Below are positions 18,953 to 28,212 of a stretch of DNA of 64,000 nt, piece by piece. The first letter of the stretch is position 1. The number at the start of each line of letters is the position of its first letter. The notes under the pieces were generated by a model. The model saw nothing but the letters and a program-made list of their open reading frames with translations, was not told where the DNA came from and did not search any database. The DNA is taken from contig CACCAS010000001.1 of the NCBI GenBank assembly GCA_902544065.1, positions 66,458-130,457 of the forward strand. Direction: 5' to 3'. The translations under genes and the position numbers were made by a program. The stretch is from an uncultured Pelagibacteraceae bacterium. Lineage in GTDB: Bacteria > Pseudomonadota > Alphaproteobacteria > Pelagibacterales > AG-422-B15.

Positions 18953-19975
18953 ATGAATTATCCATTCTTAGATTTTGAGAAACTTGAAAAAAAATTTCTT
19001 TTATCTCGCGAAATTATTTCTCAAAAATTTGAAAATATTGTCGTAATTGGCTTTGGAGGATCAACGCAAGGCTCAAAAGCTATTAATTCCTTTTTAAATG
19101 AAATACGAGTAATTTATATTGATCATTTGCATTCCGAAATTATTGATAAATTAGTCGTAACTTTGAATTTAGAAAAAACAGGGTTCATTTTTATTTCTAA
19201 ATCTGGCAAAACTTCAGAAACATTATCTATTTTTGAGTACTTGATAGACCAATGCAAAAATAAAATAAATATCTCAACTCACTTTTTTTCTTTAACTGAA
19301 GATAAACAATCTCAACTTCACGACTTTTCGTTGCAGCACTCAATGAAACTTATTGAGCATGATCCAGATATAGGAGGAAGATTTTCTATATTCAGTAATA
19401 CATCTCTTGTTCCAGGGTTTTATTTTAATTCTGATTTGTGCAAAAATTTTCTTGAGGGCGGCAGAGAAGCTATGGAAGAAAAAGATTTGGCTGAAGATTT
19501 GGCTGATCAGTTAAATCAGTCTATGAAAAATAATAAAAATATCGCAGCATATCTTATTTATGGACATGAATTACTAGAAGTAGGTAATTGGAAAAAGCAA
19601 CTTTTTGCTGAATCGCTAGGCAAAAATGGAAATGGATTTATGCCAGTTGTTTCGGAGATGACTAAAGACCAGCATAGTATTCTTCAATTATTTCTAGACG
19701 GGCCAAAAAATGTATTCTTTGAAATCATGAGTATGGAGAGTGATAAAGTGAATTTAATAAATATGACGCTTTCTAACCATATGAGCGCAATGAACGAGAC
19801 ACTTATAAAACAAGGTCTTAAACCAAGAATTTCAATATTTAAGGAAAATGATGTTAAGGAGTTGGGTTTTTATTTTTGTATCGAAATATTAACAGTTATT
19901 TTCCTAGCAAAGCTTCTTAATGTAGACCCTTTTGTTCAGGAAGCCATCGAACTTCAAAAAAACAATTTAAGTTAG
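18953..19975 (+). CDS. pgi: glucose-6-phosphate isomerase, short form
   Basis: 340 aa. SIS-type 'GFGGSTQGSKA' and 'ISKSGKTSET', plus the PGI signature 'DIGGRFSIFS'. Shorter than the 450-550 aa of canonical bacterial PGI. Confidence 0.7.
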   Translation: MNYPFLDFEKLEKKFLLSREIISQKFENIVVIGFGGSTQGSKAINSFLNEIRVIYIDHLHSEIIDKLVVTLNLEKTGFIFISKSGKTSETLSIFEYLIDQCKNKINISTHFFSLTEDKQSQLHDFSLQHSMKLIEHDPDIGGRFSIFSNTSLVPGFYFNSDLCKNFLEGGREAMEEKDLAEDLADQLNQSMKNNKNIAAYLIYGHELLEVGNWKKQLFAESLGKNGNGFMPVVSEMTKDQHSILQLFLDGPKNVFFEIMSMESDKVNLINMTLSNHMSAMNETLIKQGLKPRISIFKENDVKELGFYFCIEILTVIFLAKLLNVDPFVQEAIELQKNNLS

Positions 19976-20536
19976 TTTATAGAAAGAAAATTTTGATATA
20001 CCCAACTCTTTAACTCTTTCTATTTTTAGCTCTGGAATTAATATATCTTTTGATTTTCTTTCCTCTTCAATAACCAGTACAGAGTTTTTATTTATAAGAT
20101 TTTTCTTTAGGATATTTTTTATAGACCTAACAACTAAGTTTTTATTATAGGGGGGATCTATATACACCAAGTTAAACTTTGGCTTATCAGAAATAGATTC
20201 AAATGAGCATGCATTTTCGTTCAGAACAGATATTTGATTAGTCAAACCTAATTTATTTGCACTCTTATAAATTAGATTAATTATTTGATCATTGTTTTCA
20301 ACCATTGTTGCACTGTTGGCGCCTCTTGATAAAGCTTCAAAACTAAATGAACCCGTTCCTGCAAATAAATCTAGAACATTTGATTTTTCAATTTGAAATC
20401 CAGAATTAATTATTTCTTTACCATGTGTAAGAATATTAAATATCGTTTCTCTATTTTTATCAGATAATGGTCGAACATCTTTATCTTTGTGACTAAAAAT
20501 AGAATGTCCTTTTTTTGACCCGCTAATAATTCTCAT
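19967..20536 (-). CDS. rsmD: 16S rRNA (guanine966-N2)-methyltransferase
   Basis: 189 aa. 'MRIISGSKKG', SAM motif 'LDLFAGTGSFSFEALSRGA', and 'DPPY'. Confidence 0.85.
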   Translation of the reverse strand: MRIISGSKKGHSIFSHKDKDVRPLSDKNRETIFNILTHGKEIINSGFQIEKSNVLDLFAGTGSFSFEALSRGANSATMVENNDQIINLIYKSANKLGLTNQISVLNENACSFESISDKPKFNLVYIDPPYNKNLVVRSIKNILKKNLINKNSVLVIEEERKSKDILIPELKIERVKELGISKFSFYKLT

Positions 20537-21224
20537 ATATTTTGACTTTTTTTAATTTACTTCTTTCTAACGATCCTAATTTATAAGCCCCATAAGATAT
20601 CCGGATGAGCCGAGTCACAGTTATATTTAATGACTCGAAGATATTTCTTATTTCTCTGTTCTTGCCCTCGAGTAATGACATTTTAATCCAAGAGTAAGTC
20701 TTAGTCTTGCTAATGAGGTTTACTTTTATAGGCTTATACTTAATATGCTTTATTCTCAGTCCTTTTGATAATCTATCTACGAAATTTTTATCAATAAATC
20801 CTTGTACTCTTACTTTGTATACTCTTTCAAAATTATTTTTGGGTAATTCCATTTTTCGTTTAAATTCTCCGTTATCTGTAAATAGTAATAAACCCTCAGT
20901 GTTATAATCTAATCTTCCAATTGATAATAAATTTTTTTGTTTAGGTCCTAAAAAATCATAAACCGTTTTTCTATTTTTATTATCAGACTTAGTAACTAAG
21001 CATCCTTTAGGTTTATGAAAAATATAAAGTGAATTTAGTTCAGTAATTTTCTTAATTTTAATTATAGTTTCATCAATACTAATTTTATTACTTGAAGAAA
21101 CTTTTATACCTTGTGTAGATAGTAATTTCCCATCTACTTTAATACGACCTTCCATAATGAATTTATCAATCTCTCTTCGAGAAAAATCAGTTGATCTTGC
21201 GAGAACTTTATTTATTCTTTCCAT
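20523..21224 (-). CDS. rRNA pseudouridine synthase, RsuA/RluB family
   Basis: 233 aa. N-terminal S4 domain and the catalytic motif 'GRLDYNTEGLLLFTDNG'. Confidence 0.88.
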   Translation of the reverse strand: MERINKVLARSTDFSRREIDKFIMEGRIKVDGKLLSTQGIKVSSSNKISIDETIIKIKKITELNSLYIFHKPKGCLVTKSDNKNRKTVYDFLGPKQKNLLSIGRLDYNTEGLLLFTDNGEFKRKMELPKNNFERVYKVRVQGFIDKNFVDRLSKGLRIKHIKYKPIKVNLISKTKTYSWIKMSLLEGKNREIRNIFESLNITVTRLIRISYGAYKLGSLERSKLKKVKIYENY

Positions 21225-21273
21225 TATTATTGTTTATTTTTTTGAGCAATATTTAAGTTACAATTAAATATTT

Positions 21274-21726
21274 ATGACACAAAATACATTTATGGAACAG
21301 GCAATAATGAATGCTTTTAAAGGACTAGATTTGGGAGAGGTACCAGTCGGTTGTGTGATCGTGAATCAAGATAATAAGATAATCTCCCAATCATATAATA
21401 AAGTTACAGCGGATAACGATCCCACTGCTCATGCTGAGATTAACGCCATAAGGCAAGCATGCGTTTCCTTAAAATCTGAGCGTTTAATCGATTGTAGTAT
21501 TTATGTTACTTTAGAGCCTTGTATGATGTGTGCCGCCGCAATATCGAAATCTAAGTTAAAAAGACTATATTATGGAGCAGATGATATGAATTTTGGTTCT
21601 ATCAACGGTGGATTTAATTTTTTTCAAACAAAAAATTGCAATCATGTGCCAGAGATTTATGATAGTATTTCAAAAATTCAATGTGAGAATTTAATAAACG
21701 ATTTTTTTAAGGGTAAAAGACCATGA
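21274..21726 (+). CDS. tadA: tRNA-specific adenosine deaminase
   Basis: 150 aa. Zinc motifs 'HAEINAI' and 'PCMMCAAA'. Confidence 0.9.
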   Translation: MTQNTFMEQAIMNAFKGLDLGEVPVGCVIVNQDNKIISQSYNKVTADNDPTAHAEINAIRQACVSLKSERLIDCSIYVTLEPCMMCAAAISKSKLKRLYYGADDMNFGSINGGFNFFQTKNCNHVPEIYDSISKIQCENLINDFFKGKRP

Positions 21727-22928
21727 CAATTTCAGCTAAGGCACAGCAAACAACAGATCGACTAAACACATTTATGGAAAAAAATGTGTATCCAAATAAT
21801 GATACATACCATAAGCAAATTGAAGACTTTGGAAATGATCGTTGGCAGGTTGTCCCTATTGTTGAAGATTTAAAAAAAGAAGCAAAAAAAGAGGATCTCT
21901 GGAATTTGTTTTTACCAGACAGCGATTTAGGGCATGGACTTTCAAATGCTGAATATGCTCCTATGTGTGAAATAATGGGAAGAGCTATGTGGTCTGCAGA
22001 AGTATTTAACTGCTCTGCGCCTGATACAGGTAACATGGAGGTTCTAGTTAGATACGGAACTGATGAACAGAAAGATAAATATCTTAAACCACTTCTTAAT
22101 GGCGAAATTCGATCTGCATTTGCAATGACAGAACCAGCCGTTGCATCTTCAGATGCAACTAATATTGAAAGTGAGATAAAAAAAGAGGGTAATCAATATG
22201 TCTTAAATGGGACAAAATGGTGGACGTCGGGAGCAATGGATCCAAGATGCCAGTTTTACATTTTTATGGGCAAAACTGATCCTGAGAATGAAAATATTCA
22301 TAAACAACAGTCCATGATTTTAGTTGATAAGGATACACCAGGTATTAAAATAAAAAGACATTTGCCAGTTTTTGGATTTGACGATGCTCCACACGGGCAT
22401 GCGGAGGTAGAGTTCAAGGACGTAAAGGTGCCACCTGAAAATATGCTTTTGGGAGAGGGTAGAGGATTTGAAATCGCTCAAGGCAGACTTGGTCCGGGAC
22501 GAATTCATCATTGCATGAGAACAATTGGACTTGCGGAAGTTGCGCTGGAGGCCATGTGCAAACGATTGATGAGCCGTAAAGCTTTTGGAAAAGAGGTAGT
22601 TAGGCATTCTGTGTGGCAAGAGAGAATTGCTGATGCTCGAATTAATATAGAGATGACAAGACTTTTGACCCTAAAAGCAGCATCAATGATGGATGAGGTA
22701 GGCAATAAAGTTGCTAAAAATGAGATAGCTATGATTAAGGTTGCAGCACCGAATATGGCACTTAAGATAATAGATGATGCGATTCAAGCCTTTGGAGGCG
22801 CAGGAGTCACTACTGATCCAAGATTAGCCCAAGCTTATGCCGGCATGAGAACGCTACGTTTAGCAGACGGGCCAGATGAAGTTCATAGACTCTCAATTGC
22901 TAGAAATGAATTAAAAAAATATCTCTAA
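21723..22928 (+). CDS. acyl-CoA dehydrogenase, ACAD10/ACAD11-type
   Basis: 401 aa. Strong resemblance to the ACAD domain of eukaryotic ACAD10/11 ('[16 protein letters not shown]', 'KWWTSGA', '[13 protein letters not shown]'). Asp replaces the usual catalytic Glu in the YEGT-equivalent motif. Confidence 0.88.
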   Translation: MTISAKAQQTTDRLNTFMEKNVYPNNDTYHKQIEDFGNDRWQVVPIVEDLKKEAKKEDLWNLFLPDSDLGHGLSNAEYAPMCEIMGRAMWSAEVFNCSAPDTGNMEVLVRYGTDEQKDKYLKPLLNGEIRSAFAMTEPAVASSDATNIESEIKKEGNQYVLNGTKWWTSGAMDPRCQFYIFMGKTDPENENIHKQQSMILVDKDTPGIKIKRHLPVFGFDDAPHGHAEVEFKDVKVPPENMLLGEGRGFEIAQGRLGPGRIHHCMRTIGLAEVALEAMCKRLMSRKAFGKEVVRHSVWQERIADARINIEMTRLLTLKAASMMDEVGNKVAKNEIAMIKVAAPNMALKIIDDAIQAFGGAGVTTDPRLAQAYAGMRTLRLADGPDEVHRLSIARNELKKYL

Positions 22929-22930
22929 CA

Positions 22931-23098
22931 TTGATAAAAAAAAAGAAAACATTCCAAAAAGACAAGTATGGACGTTACATAAAGTCTAAAGAGTTCGATG
23001 TATACTGGGATGAATACCATGAGCTTGAGGATATCTCGATGAAAGAGTCAGTCAGACAAAAGATTGAAAGAACAAAAAAAATTCAAACTAAAGAATAG
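22931..23098 (+). CDS. possible small ORF (55 aa, TTG start), absent from the ORF track
   Basis: Open frame TTG 22931 to TAG 23096-23098: (M)IKKKKTFQKDKYGRYIKSKEFDVYWDEYHELEDISMKESVRQKIERTKKIQTKE. It fills an otherwise empty 159-nt gap. No SD or family recognised. Confidence 0.25.
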   Translation: MIKKKKTFQKDKYGRYIKSKEFDVYWDEYHELEDISMKESVRQKIERTKKIQTKE

Positions 23099-24332
23099 TA
23101 TCTAAAAAATTTATTAGTCGATTTACTTCCTCAATATTATTATAATGAACCATTGAAACTCTAACCACACCATCATTTGGTTCAATTCCCAATCCCATCA
23201 AACACCTCCATGCATAAAACTCACCATTGCGAATTCCAATTTGATTTTTACCTGCAGCTTTTGCAATTTCTAGTGAACTTTTGTCTTTCACAGTAAATGA
23301 GACAGTAGGCATTCGTTCACTTCTAGAGTGAGCAGTTTTGCCAATTAATCTTACATTTTTTTTGATCTTTAAAAATTCGATAAGTGTTTTGATTAGTGTT
23401 TCTTCGTGGTTATAAATTAGCTCAAAAACTCTTTTTCCTTTTTCATGAAGGTTCAATCCTTGTTCTGTAAAATGATGACTGTAAAGTGTTTCATAGTAGT
23501 CAGTGACTCCCGACATGCATGCCAATTCCTCATGGTTTGGGCCGCCTGGGTTCATTGTGTATGGTATCTCTGATGCTAGAAATTCGTGATTCAAGTTTTT
23601 AGTTTGATCAAGAAGTTCTTTTTTCCCATATAAGAGGGCTAAATGTGGACCATAAGTTTTGTATAGACTGAATCCATAGAAATCTATGTCTAATTCTTTT
23701 AGATCAATAATATCATGTGCCATGTACGCTACTCCATCACCAACTACTTTTATGTCATGACTATGAGCTATTGAAATTATTTCTTTTAAGTTATTTATTG
23801 AAGCCACAACATTTGATGTATGACAGACACAAATAAATTTAGTTCTATTTGTTATTAAATTTTTTAAATCTTCAACTTCAAGTTCAGCACTTTTTGGATT
23901 AAACTTCCATTCCTTAATGTTAATTCCTTTTTCCACAAGTTTTCTCCACGAACCAATATTTGCCTCATGGTCTTGATTGGTTACAATTATTTCATCTTCA
24001 GTTTTAAGCCAATCTTTGATTGCATTAGACAGCAAAAACATATTCATGGTCGTTGATGGACCTATAATAAATTCATTTTTTGAAATATTTAATAGTTCTG
24101 CAATTTTCTCTAAGCTGTTATCCATTTCATTTCCTGCTTCAATTGATGGACCAAAGTCACCATAAGGTTGAACTTTCTTAGTAATCATAAAATCATTAAG
24201 TTTTTCAATTACATGTTTAGGAACATATGTGCCCCCTGCATTCTCAAAAAATGCAAAATCAGCAGTTTTTGGATTTTGAAAAACAGGAAATTGTTTTCTG
24301 ACAAATTCTATATCTAGTATATTTCTACTCAA
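23088..24332 (-). CDS. class V aminotransferase-fold PLP-dependent enzyme (cysteine desulfurase-like family)
   Basis: 414 aa. 'NQDHEANIGSW', 'HTSNVV', and a likely PLP-lysine in 'FSLYKTYGPH'. The C-terminal 'IRNGEFYAWRC' aligns with SufS 'VRTGHHCA', placing Tyr at the SufS catalytic Cys position. Confidence 0.8.
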   Translation of the reverse strand: MSRNILDIEFVRKQFPVFQNPKTADFAFFENAGGTYVPKHVIEKLNDFMITKKVQPYGDFGPSIEAGNEMDNSLEKIAELLNISKNEFIIGPSTTMNMFLLSNAIKDWLKTEDEIIVTNQDHEANIGSWRKLVEKGINIKEWKFNPKSAELEVEDLKNLITNRTKFICVCHTSNVVASINNLKEIISIAHSHDIKVVGDGVAYMAHDIIDLKELDIDFYGFSLYKTYGPHLALLYGKKELLDQTKNLNHEFLASEIPYTMNPGGPNHEELACMSGVTDYYETLYSHHFTEQGLNLHEKGKRVFELIYNHEETLIKTLIEFLKIKKNVRLIGKTAHSRSERMPTVSFTVKDKSSLEIAKAAGKNQIGIRNGEFYAWRCLMGLGIEPNDGVVRVSMVHYNNIEEVNRLINFLDTIL

Positions 24333-24333
24333 A

Positions 24334-25398
24334 TTATTTAATTCCTTCTACAATACTCCAACCGAGCTTACCTAATATTGGAACAAAAGCTTCATAATTT
24401 TTAGCTTCTGAGCTTGAAGCAGTTCCATCTCTTACGCGACCCACTATGCCTTGCGCTATTCCTGCAAGTCTAAATATATTATATGCCATATAGAAATCCC
24501 AATTATCAATTTTTTCTCTTCCTGTTTTTTTGTAATAAAGTTCAGCATACTCACTTTCTGATGGAATATTAAGTGACTTAAGATCCGATCCCATCATTCC
24601 TAATCCTTTTGCGCCCGCTGGTAATCTCCATGACATCATATGATATGTAAAATCTGCTATTGGGTTTCCTAAAGTAGATAATTCCCAGTCTAATATTGCT
24701 TTTACTTCATGAGTTATAGGGTCAAATATCATATTGTCTAATCTGAAATCCCCATGAACGATCGATGTCTCTTGATCAGAAGGTATATTTTTAGGTAACC
24801 ATTCTATCAATTCATTAATCTCAGGTATCATTTGTGTTTCAGAATCTTTGTACTGTTTTGTCCATCTATGAATTTGTCTGCCCATGTAGTTTTCGTGTTT
24901 ACCATAATCAGCTAAATTAACTTTATTAAAATCAACGTTATGTAACTTTGCAATAGTATCATTCATAGATAAGTAAATTTCCCTTCTTTGATTTGGATCA
25001 CATCCTGGTAAAAGAAGTTCCCAATAAATGTTACCAACGACATGGTCCATAACAAAAAAAGGTGTACCAATTACTGTTTCATCATCACAATAACCAAATG
25101 TCTTGGGAACAGGAACATCGGTATCATGAAGAGCTGTCATTACCCTGCATTCTCTATCCACTGCATGAGCTGATTTAAGAAGTTTACCTGGTGGCTTCCT
25201 TCTAAGAACAAAATTATTAATATTTGCTTCAACTAGATAAGTTGGATTTGACTGTCCACCCTTAAATTGTGTTATCTGACTTATCTGAATATTATTACCT
25301 ATAAGCTTTTTTAGATAATCATTTAAAGATTCTTTATTAATTTTGAGTTTATCATCAACTTGCTTTGTGCCTGAAAAAATTTCATTTCTATCAGTCAT
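24334..25398 (-). CDS. phosphotransferase (APH/choline-kinase fold), ACAD10/11 N-terminal kinase-domain type
   Basis: 354 aa. 'FKGGQSNPTYLV', 'VLRRKPPGKLLKSAHAVDRE', 'GTPFFVMDHV', and the catalytic loop 'HGDFRLDNMIF' / 'ILDWE'. Confidence 0.85.
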   Translation of the reverse strand: MTDRNEIFSGTKQVDDKLKINKESLNDYLKKLIGNNIQISQITQFKGGQSNPTYLVEANINNFVLRRKPPGKLLKSAHAVDRECRVMTALHDTDVPVPKTFGYCDDETVIGTPFFVMDHVVGNIYWELLLPGCDPNQRREIYLSMNDTIAKLHNVDFNKVNLADYGKHENYMGRQIHRWTKQYKDSETQMIPEINELIEWLPKNIPSDQETSIVHGDFRLDNMIFDPITHEVKAILDWELSTLGNPIADFTYHMMSWRLPAGAKGLGMMGSDLKSLNIPSESEYAELYYKKTGREKIDNWDFYMAYNIFRLAGIAQGIVGRVRDGTASSSEAKNYEAFVPILGKLGWSIVEGIK

Positions 25399-26657
25399 GT
25401 TAAAGCTTTTTTTCCAATATCTTTTCTATAGTACCCCTCGGGCCAGTCTATCAAGTGAATTGAATCATAAATTTTACTTAAAGCTTTACCAAGCGATGCA
25501 TTTTTTGACGTTACAGAGAGGACTCTTCCACCAGTAGCAATAATTTTTTTATCTTTAATAGCTGTTGCAGCGTGAAATACCTGAAAAGTGTCTGTATTTT
25601 CTAAATTATTTATTCCATTAATCACTGTTTCTTTCTCAAATGATCCTGGGTATCCATTCGATGCCATTACAACTGTTGCACAATGATCATCTTCCCACTT
25701 TAATTCATAGTTTTGTAAATCCTTATCAATACAGCTCAGCATAAGTTGAACTATATCACTTTTCATTCTTAACATTAAAACTTGGCATTCAGGATCTCCA
25801 AATCTAATATTATATTCAACAAGTTTTGCCTTCCCATTTTTAATCATCAGTCCTGCATACAGAATACCTTGATATGGGTGACCTAACTCTCTCATAGCAT
25901 TTAGTGTGGGATATATAATCTCATCATCAACTTGTTTTTTAATTTCGTCTGTAAAGATAGGAGCGGGTGAGTAGGCTCCCATCCCACCTGTGTTAGGGCC
26001 AGTATCATTTTCTCCTATGCGTTTATGGTCCTGCGCACTTTCAAGAGAAATAAACTCAGTACCATCAGTGCATACAAAGTAACTTGCTTCTTCACCTTCC
26101 ATAAATTCTTCAATGACTGCAGTCATATTTGTTCCAAATTTATTTTCAAAAATTTCCTTTAGTGCTTTTTCAGCCATTTCAAAACTATCTGCGACAGTCA
26201 CTCCTTTGCCAGCAGCTAATCCATTTGCTTTTACTACAATTGGCAAACTTTGTTTTTTTAGGTATTTCACTGCCTCTTCGTAGCTATCAAAAGTAGAATA
26301 GGCAGCTGTTGGAATTGAATAAGTATCGCAAAGATCTTTCATAAAGCTCTTTGATCCTTCAAGTTGGGATGCATATTTATTTGGACCAAATATTTTAATA
26401 CCTTTTGATACAAAATAATCCACTATTCCTGCAACTAATGGAACCTCAGGTCCAACTACAATTAAATCAATAGATTTTTCGACACAATATGAATGAATAG
26501 AGTTAAAATTGTTAAGGTGTAAATCTTTACATTCAGCTAGTAGACTTATTCCATAATTTCCAGGAATACAAAATAGTGATGTAGTCAAAGGACTTCTTGA
26601 TATTGCATAGCATAGAGAATGCTCCCTAGCTCCATTTCCAAGTACAAGAATTTTCAT
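25395..26657 (-). CDS. purD: phosphoribosylamine-glycine ligase
   Basis: 420 aa. 'MKILVLGNGAREHSL', ATP-grasp core, and 'GPNTGGMGAYSP'. Confidence 0.95.
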   Translation of the reverse strand: MKILVLGNGAREHSLCYAISRSPLTTSLFCIPGNYGISLLAECKDLHLNNFNSIHSYCVEKSIDLIVVGPEVPLVAGIVDYFVSKGIKIFGPNKYASQLEGSKSFMKDLCDTYSIPTAAYSTFDSYEEAVKYLKKQSLPIVVKANGLAAGKGVTVADSFEMAEKALKEIFENKFGTNMTAVIEEFMEGEEASYFVCTDGTEFISLESAQDHKRIGENDTGPNTGGMGAYSPAPIFTDEIKKQVDDEIIYPTLNAMRELGHPYQGILYAGLMIKNGKAKLVEYNIRFGDPECQVLMLRMKSDIVQLMLSCIDKDLQNYELKWEDDHCATVVMASNGYPGSFEKETVINGINNLENTDTFQVFHAATAIKDKKIIATGGRVLSVTSKNASLGKALSKIYDSIHLIDWPEGYYRKDIGKKALT

Positions 26658-26708
26658 AAAGTAAAATTTAAATTAATTGATATATTAGCATATAAGGAAT
26701 TAAATTAA

Positions 26709-28010
26709 ATGGTTAGACAAAATATCCAAGAGTACTCAGTTTCGGAAATTTCAGACTCTATCAAGGGAACTCTTGAAAATAGTTTTGGCTACGTAAAAGT
26801 TAGAGGGGAAGTCTCGGGTTTAAGTAGGCCAGCATCAGGTCACATATACTTAAATTTAAAAGATGATAAGGCCGTTATAAAAGCAATAATCTGGCGAAGT
26901 TCAGCAGCAAGAATTAGTTTTGTACCCGAAGATGGATTAGAAGTTATTTGTTCGGGCAAGCTCACAACGGGATATTCTGATCGATACCCGGGAAGGTCAG
27001 ATTATTCAATTATAGTTGATGCAATAGCTCCTGCAGGAGAGGGAGCTTTAATGGCTCTTTTAGAGCAACGTAAGAAGAAGCTTGCTGCAGAGGGTTTATT
27101 TGATGAGCAAAATAAGAAAAGCCTACCAAAGTATCCTGAAACGATTGGCATAGTCACGTCTCCAACTGGTGCAGTTATAAAGGATATACTTCATAGATTA
27201 GATGAGAGGTTTCCATGTAATGTCATTCTATGGCCTGTTCCAGTTCAGGGCCAAGATGCCGCTCAGTTAATTTCTGATGCAGTAGATGGACTTAATAATT
27301 TATCTAGTAAAGACGAAGTAAATATACCAGACCTTATTATCATAGCACGTGGTGGGGGCAGTATAGAAGACCTTTGGCCTTTCAATGAAGAAATTGTAAT
27401 CAGGTCTGTCTTCAAAAGTAATATTCCTATTGTATCTGCAATTGGTCATGAAACAGATATCACACTAATTGATTTTGTTTCTGACTTAAGAGCTCCAACG
27501 CCTACGGCTGCAGCAGAAATTTCTACCCCAGATAAAGAAGAACTTTTGAGAGGCATCAATGAAGAACATAATCGTTTAAATTATTCAATAAATCTGTACC
27601 TTGACAATCTTAAAGATAATTTCATTTCAATAAAAGATAAATTGCCTGTTTCACTAAAACTTTTTCTAAATAACCTTACTTCTTATTTTCAAAATATTTC
27701 TCAATTACTAAATTTTCGTGTTCTCGGTGAGCAATTAAAGAGTAGTAAAGTAGAACTTATTTCTTTAGAGGAGTCTATATTGAAAGCTAAAAATATTTTG
27801 GTAGAGAGACTTCAAAAAGAATTAGATAATAAAAGTATGCTCCTTGAAAGCTTGAGTTATAAATCTGTTTTAAAAAGAGGGTACTCAGTTACTAGGAGTT
27901 CAAACAAAATAATCAAATCAAAACAAGATTTAAAAGATGAAAGTGAGTTGATCATAGAAACTAATTTTGCTACTTTAAAAGCCAAACTTAGAGAAATTAA
28001 TGACAAATAG
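26709..28010 (+). CDS. xseA: exodeoxyribonuclease VII large subunit
   Basis: 433 aa. N-terminal OB fold ('VKVRGEVSGLSRPASGHIYLNLKD'), 'GIVTSPTGAVIKDI', 'ARGGGSIEDLW'. Confidence 0.92.
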   Translation: MVRQNIQEYSVSEISDSIKGTLENSFGYVKVRGEVSGLSRPASGHIYLNLKDDKAVIKAIIWRSSAARISFVPEDGLEVICSGKLTTGYSDRYPGRSDYSIIVDAIAPAGEGALMALLEQRKKKLAAEGLFDEQNKKSLPKYPETIGIVTSPTGAVIKDILHRLDERFPCNVILWPVPVQGQDAAQLISDAVDGLNNLSSKDEVNIPDLIIIARGGGSIEDLWPFNEEIVIRSVFKSNIPIVSAIGHETDITLIDFVSDLRAPTPTAAAEISTPDKEELLRGINEEHNRLNYSINLYLDNLKDNFISIKDKLPVSLKLFLNNLTSYFQNISQLLNFRVLGEQLKSSKVELISLEESILKAKNILVERLQKELDNKSMLLESLSYKSVLKRGYSVTRSSNKIIKSKQDLKDESELIIETNFATLKAKLREINDK

Positions 28011-28212
28011 TTTTACTACGAAGGCAGAAATAAGATTGCATCATGGCCAGTTTCAAATAATAAAGTCTGGGGATTATGTAGAATGTTCAATCACAAAAGA
28101 GAAGATATCACTAGATAATTTGAAGTATTGGAATGTTGATTTTCAGGAAATTTATGCAAATCCAGAAGTTGCACTAAGGAGATATAAAGAGATAAATGAA
28201 AATAAAGATTAA
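28000..28212 (+). CDS. small conserved protein, DUF2093-like
   Basis: 70 aa. 'AEIRLHHGQFQIIKSGDYVECSITKEKISLDNLKYWNVDFQEIYANPEVAL' matches my recollection of the alphaproteobacterial DUF2093 found after xseA. Overlaps both neighbours. Confidence 0.6.
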   Translation: MTNSFTTKAEIRLHHGQFQIIKSGDYVECSITKEKISLDNLKYWNVDFQEIYANPEVALRRYKEINENKD

